DNA from: a virus
Virus record (IMG/VR): IMGVR_UViG_3300027963_000043
Coordinates: 1 to 64,000 of that record
Length of the DNA stretch: 64,000 nt
Direction: 5' to 3' (one strand)
Part shown: positions 8,030 through 16,089 of the stretch, piece by piece
How the letters are laid out: each line of letters begins with the position of its first letter
Numbering within the stretch: position 1 is the first letter of the stretch
Notes under the pieces: generated by a model
What the model was told of the DNA's origin: nothing
The model's input: the letters and a program-made list of their open reading frames with translations, nothing else
Database searches by the model: none
Translations under genes and position numbers: made by a program

Positions 8030-8540
8030 ACTCTGGAACTGGAAAACAAAAACATTACTTGTTGGGGTTGCGTTAATCGTATCTTGGATCTCCTGCTTAA
8101 AAATTGGATTTGAATTAAAGAAATATAACTCAATAACAAATCTTCCTAATTCTTGTTTTGTCGATTCAATGATTTATGCTTCTAGATGTAATCTTCTTTT
8201 AATAAGTAGTTCTGATACTTGGAACAGCGTCTATGGTTTTACCTTTGGTTATAAAGATGATAAAGAAGCTATCCTTGGTCATGCAGTTTGTGTTTTTGAG
8301 TATAATAATAATTTATGGATGTATGATCCTAATTGGGGCACATCTCCTATATGCAAAATTGGAGATAGAAAAAAATACAAAGAAAAAATAAAGTTGTATA
8401 TAAACAAAACTTACCCTATAATAGTAATAGAGGATTTTATGTTAAATGATTGGACATATGTTCAAAAAACAAAGAAAAATAAAATGAACAAAACTTATCA
8501 AGAGGTGTCTATACATTTAGATGAAGACAAGAAGGAGTAA
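7974..8540 (+). CDS. Membrane-anchored papain-like fold protein (start uncertain)
   Basis: Hydrophobic N-terminal segment. NSCFVDS, GHAVCVF and WMYDPNWG form a putative Cys-His-Asp triad. Confidence 0.55.
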   Translation: MMINLNLNLALKTTKKISKLWNWKTKTLLVGVALIVSWISCLKIGFELKKYNSITNLPNSCFVDSMIYASRCNLLLISSSDTWNSVYGFTFGYKDDKEAILGHAVCVFEYNNNLWMYDPNWGTSPICKIGDRKKYKEKIKLYINKTYPIIVIEDFMLNDWTYVQKTKKNKMNKTYQEVSIHLDEDKKE

Positions 8541-8549
8541 ACTAATATC

Positions 8550-9296
8550 ATGAAAATAAACCTATTAAAAAGGTTACTAAGAAGCAAAGCCGCAAATTTA
8601 ATTGCGGCTTTTTTAATGCTCAATAGCGCTAATGCAGCTACTGTTTACTGGAATAATGATAATGGATATGGAGATCGTTCATGGTCAGATGACTACAACT
8701 GGAATGGTGGCTCACCTACTAGCATGGATAACGCTTTGATTATGGGAACTGAATGGAATATTAGTCTAGATAATATGCCAATTGTAAATACTGCAAATAA
8801 CTTTGCAGATCAAATTTATGTACGTAGAGGAGCAGGAATATCAATTACTACAAATGGATCACTTCTTGCAAAAGATTTAATTACAGGCTTAGATGGAAAT
8901 TCAAATGTAGTTGATATCTCAGGAGGGCTTTTAACATTAACAGGTATATTAAATCTTGGTGCTGGAGGATATGATGGAAAAGTAAATATATCAAATGGAA
9001 GTTTAGTCGCTAATAGCCTTTCAATCAATACTTTAGGAGGCGCAGGAATAAACATTGGTCAATCTGGAACATTTATTGTTGAATATACTGCTACTAATTT
9101 TAATAATATTAATTATTGGATTGGAGTAAATGCTATTACTGCAGATGGTGGTGCAGGAATAGTTGATATAAATACTACTACTTATGCAGATAAAATTGTA
9201 CTTAGTGCAATACCAGAACCAAGCATTTATGCAAGTTTTGGAATTGGATTAATTGCTTTACTTTCAGTTCGTAATTTCAATAAAAAAAGGATATAA
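8550..9296 (+). CDS. PEP-CTERM sorting-domain protein
   Basis: N-terminal signal peptide (..NSANAA). C-terminus AIPEPSIYASFGIGLIALLSVRNFNKKRI is PEP motif + TM + basic tail. SD AAGGAG. Confidence 0.88.
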   Translation: MKINLLKRLLRSKAANLIAAFLMLNSANAATVYWNNDNGYGDRSWSDDYNWNGGSPTSMDNALIMGTEWNISLDNMPIVNTANNFADQIYVRRGAGISITTNGSLLAKDLITGLDGNSNVVDISGGLLTLTGILNLGAGGYDGKVNISNGSLVANSLSINTLGGAGINIGQSGTFIVEYTATNFNNINYWIGVNAITADGGAGIVDINTTTYADKIVLSAIPEPSIYASFGIGLIALLSVRNFNKKRI

Positions 9297-9300
9297 ATTT

Positions 9301-11760
9301 ATGAAAAAAATAATACTAACAATACTAACAGCATTAACACTAACTGTTAATTCACAAGCAGTAGTTTTCTTGTGGAATAATACTGGAACAAATTGGACGT
9401 CTCCAACAAGTTGGACAAATGGAGCGCAACCTGCATCTACTAGTTCTAGTACTACTACAGATGAAATTCAATTTGGTAATTTTGGAGTCAGTAACAATAC
9501 TGTTGTATTGACTTCTACCAGATCTACAAGAAATATAACATTCCTAACTAATGCAAATGCATATTTGATTAACAGTTTCAATGGTACACAAACAGTATCA
9601 TCTAGTGGAGGTATTACAAATAACTCTACTGCTACTCAAACATTTAATATATTAGTAGAAAATGCTAACGCCAGCAATACTTGGTTTCAAACAGCAGGTG
9701 GTGGATTGGTATTTAATAATATAGCTTCACTTACCACCGCTTCTTCAAGTACATCTAGAACTCTTACTCTTGCAGGAGATGGTTCATTCACATTCAACAA
9801 TGAACTCAGACAAGGACCTCTATCAACTGCTGGTAAAGTTATATACACAGGTAACGGTAGCGTCACATTCAATGGTAACAATACGCTGGGTGGAGGATTT
9901 GATATGACAGGAGGTGGCACTGTGACTGTTAATGGTGCTACTGGTATGGGTACTGGTGCAATAACACTTGGAGGAGCAAGTGGTACAACTAATATGCCCA
10001 AGCTTATAGTTAATACGGCTAACGGTTTATCTGCTTCTAATAGTTTGAAAGGTTCTACTAGTTTATCTACTATGGGAACATTGGATCTAGCAGGATCTAA
10101 TTCTGCTGCTGTTACTACTTATGTTATGAATCAATATCAAGGCAATAATATGAACTTTACCAATCATGGAGGATACAAGACATTACTGCAGTTTACTAAT
10201 AGTGCCAATACGCTCACTGTATCTTCAGGTTCTAGTGGTGGCAGAAGACTTTTTAACAACAGTACTAATTTAACTGTGCAGTTTGATGGTTCATTGGACA
10301 TTGGAGGAACAGTTGCAGATACAAGTGTTGTAGGTGGTGTAGGTGACTTTATATTTAAAGGTTCTCTACTCAATACTGGAGGAGCTATTAGAGGCTTAAC
10401 TAAGTCAGGAACTGGAACAGCAATTTTTCAAGCAGTCAATTCTTACAATGGTGATACTACTATACAAGATGGTACATTTATAGTTGATACTGCTGGTTCT
10501 ATTGCTTCTAGTGCTGCTATAATATCAGGTGGCACCTTAAGAGTTAAAGGTTCAGCTGGTAGTATAACTGCTAACGCAGGAAACTTAATAGTTGATAGCA
10601 CTGGGACTATTGGTAATTTCTCTATCGGTGTCACCACTACGGTATCAGTAGATGGTACAACTGGTACAATAACACAAGGCGGTGGCACCTTGGACTTGAG
10701 AGGGACTGGTAGTACATTCTCCATGTCTGCAGGAACTGCTACAGTGTATAATGGAGCGTTTCTTGGCAACTCTACCCTCACAGGAGGAAGCTTGCTCAAT
10801 AGCGGTACAATAGGCGAAACAACCATTGCCACAGGCAGTACTTTTGATGTAAAGACAGGTGGTACATCTTCTAAAGCTACTGTAAATGGTGGTACTTTGT
10901 TGGTATCAGGATCAGTCGCACAGACTGTTGTTAATTCTGGTACAGCCACAGTAAATTCTGGTGGCAATTCTGGTATCACAACTGTTAATGGCAGCACATT
11001 GGATGTATATGGAAGAACTGGTATATCAACAGTAAATACTGGTGGTACACTCAATGTAAAATCAGGCGGTAGTCTCTTAGGTACTAGTACTGTTGGTGGT
11101 GGTACTTTATTAGTAGAAGGAACAGCTGGAACTGTTATAGTTAATTCTGGCACAGCAACAGTTAATACTGGTGGCGTTATTGGTAGTACAACTATCAATG
11201 GAAGTTTACTATCAGTAAATGGAAGCGCAGGAGATGTTTTAGTAAATACAGGAGGTACATTAGGTGGCTCTGGTAGTGTGCAGGGCTTAACTCTAAATGG
11301 TGGTACTGTGGCCCCTGGCAATAGCCCTGGTCTGCTAACTGCTTATGAGTTGAATGGAAGTAATGGAACATTCCAATTCCAATTAGGCGCACCAACTACC
11401 AGAGGTATTACCTACGATGCAATTAATGTAACTAGCTTATTAACATTGGGAGCTAATACAGTATTTACATTTGAGACATTGGATAATTATATATATGCAG
11501 ATGGTAATACATATGATTTATTTGATTGGGGTTCAGCTGACATGAGCACATTTGATGTAGCAGTATTAGAAGCTGCTCTTCCTAATCTAAATACTCCTAG
11601 TACAGATCTCAAGTGGAATGTTAGTAACTTTACTACAGATGGTACAATTGGTGTTATACCAGAACCTTCTACAGGTTCACTCATGATGTTTGGTATTGCT
11701 AGCTTGATTACGCTCAAAGCTATAAGGAGAAAAAAATGCCAACATCAAAATCATTCTTAG
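9301..11760 (+). CDS. Large PEP-CTERM protein with autotransporter-associated beta-strand repeats
   Basis: Start re-called to ATG 9301 (MKKIILT..SQA signal peptide). GLTKSGTGT...NSYNGDTTIQDGT repeat, G/T-rich beta-helix, TVAPGNSPG, and C-terminal VIPEPSTGSLMMFGIASLITLKAIRRKK. Confidence 0.9.
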   Translation: MKKIILTILTALTLTVNSQAVVFLWNNTGTNWTSPTSWTNGAQPASTSSSTTTDEIQFGNFGVSNNTVVLTSTRSTRNITFLTNANAYLINSFNGTQTVSSSGGITNNSTATQTFNILVENANASNTWFQTAGGGLVFNNIASLTTASSSTSRTLTLAGDGSFTFNNELRQGPLSTAGKVIYTGNGSVTFNGNNTLGGGFDMTGGGTVTVNGATGMGTGAITLGGASGTTNMPKLIVNTANGLSASNSLKGSTSLSTMGTLDLAGSNSAAVTTYVMNQYQGNNMNFTNHGGYKTLLQFTNSANTLTVSSGSSGGRRLFNNSTNLTVQFDGSLDIGGTVADTSVVGGVGDFIFKGSLLNTGGAIRGLTKSGTGTAIFQAVNSYNGDTTIQDGTFIVDTAGSIASSAAIISGGTLRVKGSAGSITANAGNLIVDSTGTIGNFSIGVTTTVSVDGTTGTITQGGGTLDLRGTGSTFSMSAGTATVYNGAFLGNSTLTGGSLLNSGTIGETTIATGSTFDVKTGGTSSKATVNGGTLLVSGSVAQTVVNSGTATVNSGGNSGITTVNGSTLDVYGRTGISTVNTGGTLNVKSGGSLLGTSTVGGGTLLVEGTAGTVIVNSGTATVNTGGVIGSTTINGSLLSVNGSAGDVLVNTGGTLGGSGSVQGLTLNGGTVAPGNSPGLLTAYELNGSNGTFQFQLGAPTTRGITYDAINVTSLLTLGANTVFTFETLDNYIYADGNTYDLFDWGSADMSTFDVAVLEAALPNLNTPSTDLKWNVSNFTTDGTIGVIPEPSTGSLMMFGIASLITLKAIRRKKCQHQNHS

Positions 11761-12404
11761 AGCATTTAAGATTATTAAAACTCTCACATTTTGGTTTTAC
11801 ATTAGTTGAAATGTTAGTTGTAATTGGTATAATTGGATTATTAGCGAGTTTGATATTTCCTGCGTATTCATCCGTTAAACGTAAATCATCTCAAGCTGTT
11901 TGTGCATCAAATATGAAACAAGTAGGTATGGCAATTAATTTATTTGCTAATGATAATGATGGTTGGCTTCCTCCTGGTCCAGATGGTCAAACAATCAATA
12001 CATTTATTCGAGATTCTAGGTATGGAGGCAATACTGCAAATGTTGTTGATAAATCTAATCTTGAATATTATATTACAAATTATATAACTGTTCGATCTAT
12101 AGGTGGTAAAAAAAGAAAAGGTAATCCAGTCTTTACTTGTCCAGCACATGATGAAAAACATTCTATAATATGGAAAAGAGGATCTTGTTTTGGTGGAGCT
12201 GGCGGAGTATATGGCATACAAAATTCAGAAAAATTAATTGGAGTAGATACAAATGATTATTTTTTAGTTGATTTTACAAAGGCTTTTACAAATCATTCGA
12301 CTATATCTTTAAATGAAACAGTAAAAAATCCTCATGGTCAATTTAGAAATCTGTTAAGAACAGATGGTAGTGTAATATTAGAATCTGATACAAAAATTAG
12401 ATAG
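11736..12404 (+). CDS. Prepilin-type N-terminal cleavage/methylation protein with H-X9-DG C-terminal motif
   Basis: G|FTLVEMLVVIGIIGLLASLIFPA; C.SNMKQVGMA..LFANDNDGWLP; H-GQFRNLLRT-DG near the C-terminus. SD AAGGAG. Confidence 0.92.
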   Translation: MPTSKSFLEHLRLLKLSHFGFTLVEMLVVIGIIGLLASLIFPAYSSVKRKSSQAVCASNMKQVGMAINLFANDNDGWLPPGPDGQTINTFIRDSRYGGNTANVVDKSNLEYYITNYITVRSIGGKKRKGNPVFTCPAHDEKHSIIWKRGSCFGGAGGVYGIQNSEKLIGVDTNDYFLVDFTKAFTNHSTISLNETVKNPHGQFRNLLRTDGSVILESDTKIR

Positions 12405-12412
12405 AATAAAGA

Positions 12413-12682
12413 ATGGAAAATGATATGAGAAACCTATTATTAGATAATTACGAAAAGAGTCTTCCGTCTAAAAGGGATACAGAAGATTTTATAACTAATT
12501 TTCATCAATATAGAGCCAAAAAGAAAGCTCAACAAAAAACACATTATGGATTACTTTTTGCTTGCATTTTAATATTAACCATGATAGGATCAATTGTGGC
12601 CAAACAAACTAAAAATAATTTAGATATACAAACCGCAGCTGGATTAGAAAAATGCAATACGCAACTCATGGAAAAAAAGTAG
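12413..12682 (+). CDS. Small single-TM protein (anti-sigma-like topology, low confidence)
   Basis: Charged N-terminal region, TM YGLLFACILILTMIGSIV, short C-tail ending at A-AAA-AAG-TAG. Confidence 0.55.
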   Translation: MENDMRNLLLDNYEKSLPSKRDTEDFITNFHQYRAKKKAQQKTHYGLLFACILILTMIGSIVAKQTKNNLDIQTAAGLEKCNTQLMEKK

Positions 12683-12870
12683 TCTTTGAAGGAGATGTCA
12701 AAGAAGTATCTAATTGGGTAAATAAAAACGTTGGAGATCATCAAACAGTATCACTAAAAGAATATTTTCAAGATGATATTTTTGGGGTATATAAAAATGG
12801 CGAAGAAAATTATAGATACTATTATCAATGTTTGGGCCATGGAAGATATTCAATTTTCATAATACAATGA
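12652..12870 (+). CDS. Hypothetical protein (in the -1 frame of 12413..12682)
   Basis: 72-aa ORF overlapping the upstream gene by 31 nt. ATGA overlap with the next gene. Confidence 0.6.
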   Translation: MQYATHGKKVVFEGDVKEVSNWVNKNVGDHQTVSLKEYFQDDIFGVYKNGEENYRYYYQCLGHGRYSIFIIQ

Positions 12871-13181
12871 AATCATTTATAACATCAGAGTTATTACTTT
12901 ATTTATCATTATTTCCAATAGCTGCTATTTGTGCATTTTTTTATACAAAAAACGTTGGACCTATAAAGCAATATAATCTTGGTCTTGATTTTGAATATGT
13001 GCCAGTTGATGAAGGATCATCTTTTATATGTAAAGCAGAACCAATAGGCGAGAATAGTCATCCTTGGATTTTAAGCTTACAACCAAAACCAAAGCCAGTT
13101 ATAGATACAAATGAACACTATATATGTATAGGTTATATGAGAAAACGAATAAGATTAGTAACAAATTTATGCACAAATTAA
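12867..13181 (+). CDS. N-terminally membrane-anchored hypothetical protein
   Basis: Start re-called to ATG 12867 (ATGA overlap). MKSFITSELLLYLSLFPIAAICAFFY hydrophobic segment. Confidence 0.65.
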   Translation: MKSFITSELLLYLSLFPIAAICAFFYTKNVGPIKQYNLGLDFEYVPVDEGSSFICKAEPIGENSHPWILSLQPKPKPVIDTNEHYICIGYMRKRIRLVTNLCTN

Positions 13182-13217
13182 ATCTAATGAATTTAAACTT
13201 CACCTGTCTAATAGATT

Positions 13218-14114
13218 ATGAGAACATTAATTTATCTAGCTATATTAGCATTATCAACTCATAGTGCTTCTGCATCATTTGTATCATTTTTAAAAAATAA
13301 CGTATATAGAGTTGAGAACACAAATAAAGTTTCAGCAGTACTAAATGATAAAATAGAATCAAATACACAAGTTGGGACTGGTGAACAAAGTATGTGCGAA
13401 TTATCATTAGATGATAAGTCAGTCACAAGAATTGGTGCCAATGCAATTTTTTCTTTTACAGAACAAGAGAGATTAGTTAAATGCGATAAAGGAACATTTC
13501 TTGTTTCAAAAGATCCAGAAACAGAAACTATAACTGTAACAACAGGAAGTGTTACAGCTGCGATTAGTGGCAGTACTGTAGTGCTTGATGTAAAAGATGA
13601 TGCTACTCATATTGCAGTCGCTGAAACAACCAAAGGAGTTATAGTAACAGATAAAAATGGTAAATCAATGACATTACAATCTGGCGAAGGAATTTCTGCA
13701 ACACCAAATGGAATGACATCTTCAAGTCCAAAGAGTGTTGATATAAAAGATTTAATATCTTCATCACCTTTATTTACTGAAAAAGGATTAGCACCACTTG
13801 CTAACGATGCTTTAATTAAAGGTGTTACTAGCGCACAAGAAACTGCAAAAGCCCAAGGCATATCTTTTGCTAGTGAAATAAATGATGTAGTATGTGGTAG
13901 AATTGATAGCGCAACTGCTTTAGGTAAAGTTGATGGAGGTGATATTCCTGATATTGATACTGCTGCTGGTTCTGAAGTATCAACTAGTCCTGCACCAGTG
14001 GGTAGTGGAGCAGGAGCAGTATCTAACTCACAACAGTTTAATCCTTTAATGAATCCTAATCTTGTACCACCAGTAACTTCAAATCCAAATCCTAGAGAAG
14101 CCACGCCAATTTAA
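13218..14114 (+). CDS. Secreted FecR-domain protein
   Basis: Signal peptide MRTLIYLAILALSTHSASA. FecR-type pattern VGTGEQSMCELSLDDKSVTRIGANAIF..GTFLV..VTTGSVTAAISGS. Pro/Ser-rich tail. Confidence 0.75.
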   Translation: MRTLIYLAILALSTHSASASFVSFLKNNVYRVENTNKVSAVLNDKIESNTQVGTGEQSMCELSLDDKSVTRIGANAIFSFTEQERLVKCDKGTFLVSKDPETETITVTTGSVTAAISGSTVVLDVKDDATHIAVAETTKGVIVTDKNGKSMTLQSGEGISATPNGMTSSSPKSVDIKDLISSSPLFTEKGLAPLANDALIKGVTSAQETAKAQGISFASEINDVVCGRIDSATALGKVDGGDIPDIDTAAGSEVSTSPAPVGSGAGAVSNSQQFNPLMNPNLVPPVTSNPNPREATPI

Positions 14115-14133
14115 TCTGGTGTAAGCTTTATGT

Positions 14134-14400
14134 ATGTTAATTAAAATTAAGAATTGGTGGACTAATTTAAAAACTTATGATAAGTTCTTTTTTATCTCAT
14201 TTGTGCCAGCGATGCTTTTTACGTTTTGGGGGCTAAGTGACCTTTACTTTAATTACTTTGATTTATTAAGTAGAGAAGATCACCTTCAATTTTTTCTTAG
14301 AGTATTCTTTCCAGTATCAATAGCTACTTTAGTAACAGTATTAGAACGTAATAACAGGAAAAAATTAATAAAAGATATCAAAGATTATCTGGATGAATAA
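14134..14400 (+). CDS. Small two-TM membrane protein
   Basis: Two hydrophobic segments; 9 nt after GTGTAA. Confidence 0.65.
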   Translation: MLIKIKNWWTNLKTYDKFFFISFVPAMLFTFWGLSDLYFNYFDLLSREDHLQFFLRVFFPVSIATLVTVLERNNRKKLIKDIKDYLDE

Positions 14401-14475
14401 TTATTTCAATCTTTCAATAAGATAAAAGATATAAATAAATACTGCCACGCAAATTAATCCACTAGCCATAGTCAT
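14401..14475 (-). CDS. 24-aa single-TM microprotein
   Basis: MTMASGLICVAVFIYIFYLIERLK. ATG is 10 nt after a minus-strand GTGTAAT (14491-14485). Its stop abuts the stop of 14134..14400. Confidence 0.5.
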   Translation of the reverse strand: MTMASGLICVAVFIYIFYLIERLK

Positions 14476-14543
14476 ATAAAAATTATTACACAAATTAAAA
14501 ATATATAATTTATAATATAAATTTATTCACATATAATTTATAA

Positions 14544-15296
14544 ATGAACATTTCGTTAATAACAGCTACTGGTTCAAGAAAATATGCATTTTCTCTTTGT
14601 GAGAAATATATATCAAATCAAACATTTAAAGATAATATTCAATGGATAGTTGTTGATGATGGAGAAATACCAACTCAAATTAATTTAAATCAAGAATATA
14701 TAAGATCAGATATTATATGGAAAGAAGGATTAAATACTCAGGCATATAATTTATTATTAGGATTAGAAAAAGTAAAAAATGATGTTCTATTTTTCATAGA
14801 AGATGATGATTGGTATAGCTCAAATTTTATTCAAAACATAATAGATTTTTTATTGAAAATTAAAAATCCTCAGATAGTAGGAGAAGCCAACTCATTAAAT
14901 TATAATCTCCTAACAAATCAATACTATTTATGTGAGATGCCTAGCATGGCAAGTTTATATAAAACTTGTATCACAAAAGATGTATACCCCTTTTTGAGAA
15001 AACTTTTATTATTTTATCATGAAAATAACAGTAAATTAATTAATAATCAAATTTTTATAGATGAAATGTTATGGAGTCAAAATATTAATACCTTTAATAA
15101 GCATTTAATAAATAATAATAATCTAGCGATTGGAATTAAAAATATGCCAGGAAGAAAAGGTGTCTGCGGACACGTTGATGATTATTCAAATTATATTAAA
15201 TATTTAAATAGTAAAAACTCTGGAATAGATAATAAAAGTCTTGATTTTTTGAAAAATACTATCAAAAATGACTATTTAAATTATATTAATATATAA
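14544..15296 (+). CDS. Glycosyltransferase family 2
   Basis: ISLITAT...NQT....QWIVVDDG and FFIEDDDWY motifs. Confidence 0.8.
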   Translation: MNISLITATGSRKYAFSLCEKYISNQTFKDNIQWIVVDDGEIPTQINLNQEYIRSDIIWKEGLNTQAYNLLLGLEKVKNDVLFFIEDDDWYSSNFIQNIIDFLLKIKNPQIVGEANSLNYNLLTNQYYLCEMPSMASLYKTCITKDVYPFLRKLLLFYHENNSKLINNQIFIDEMLWSQNINTFNKHLINNNNLAIGIKNMPGRKGVCGHVDDYSNYIKYLNSKNSGIDNKSLDFLKNTIKNDYLNYINI

Positions 15297-15333
15297 AATT
15301 AATACACTTATTGATTTAAGTGTAATAGAGAAT

Positions 15334-16053
15334 ATGCCAATACCTCAACCAAAAGATAATGAGAAACAAAACGATTATATGGGTCGTTGCATGCATAAAG
15401 TTAACAAAGATAATCCTAAAATGGAAAACAAGCAACAAGTTGCGATTTGTTTGAATACCTACAGTAATCCAAAAAAGAAAAGCAAAGCTAATGAAATTGA
15501 AGTAGATTTTTCAGAAGATATTAAAAATATGAACAAGCCACAAGAAATTAAAATAGAAGAAGCCCCAAAAATTGAAGCCAAAGTTGAGGAAGCTACAAAC
15601 ACAGCAGTAACTGCACCAGCGCCAGAAATTAAAGCTCAAGATAATATAGTCGATATTCCAGATGATCAAAATACTGAATCTTTAGATGGAGAAAAAATTC
15701 AAACAGCAATGCTTCAAATGCAAAAGCAATATCAAATTTTTCATTGGCAAACTACCTCATTCTCACAGCACAAAAGTTTTGGAAAAATCTATGAAAGTTT
15801 AGATGAAAACATAGATACTTTTATTGAAACATATATGGGCAAATATGGCAGAGTAATGGCCGCTTCTAAATTTAATCTTGAAATGTTCAATTATTCTGAT
15901 TTGAATTTTAGCGCCGCAACAGATTCATATATTGAATTTTTGATTGGATTAAATGATATGCTTGATGAAACTCGAGATTCAGATTTATTAAATACACGAG
16001 ATGAGATACTTGGCAGTTTAAATAGATTAAAATATCTATTAACATTGGTTTAA
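15334..16053 (+). CDS. Fusion protein: N-terminal small phage module plus C-terminal ferritin/Dps-like (DUF5856-like) domain
   Basis: C-terminal FHWQTTSFSQHKSFGKIYESLDENIDTFIETYMG...LLNTRDEILGSLNRLKYLLTL four-helix pattern. N-terminal MPIP.PK..E.Q..YM.RCM...Q.VAIC. Confidence 0.6.
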   Translation: MPIPQPKDNEKQNDYMGRCMHKVNKDNPKMENKQQVAICLNTYSNPKKKSKANEIEVDFSEDIKNMNKPQEIKIEEAPKIEAKVEEATNTAVTAPAPEIKAQDNIVDIPDDQNTESLDGEKIQTAMLQMQKQYQIFHWQTTSFSQHKSFGKIYESLDENIDTFIETYMGKYGRVMAASKFNLEMFNYSDLNFSAATDSYIEFLIGLNDMLDETRDSDLLNTRDEILGSLNRLKYLLTLV

Positions 16054-16089
16054 CCAATGAAACAAGATAAATTATCCTAAAATATTAGG

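Noticed and set aside
9301-11760. Higher GC of the large PEP-CTERM gene as proof of recent host transfer
   Set aside because: The Gly/Thr/Ala-rich composition explains much of it, and the capsid gene is similarly GC-elevated. GC3 analysis would be needed.
9687-14104. Long minus-strand ORFs (9687..10001, 10443..11321, 13607..14104 and others)
   Set aside because: Antisense shadows of Gly/Thr/Ala-rich plus-strand genes. The Pro/Val-rich translations mirror sense codon usage.
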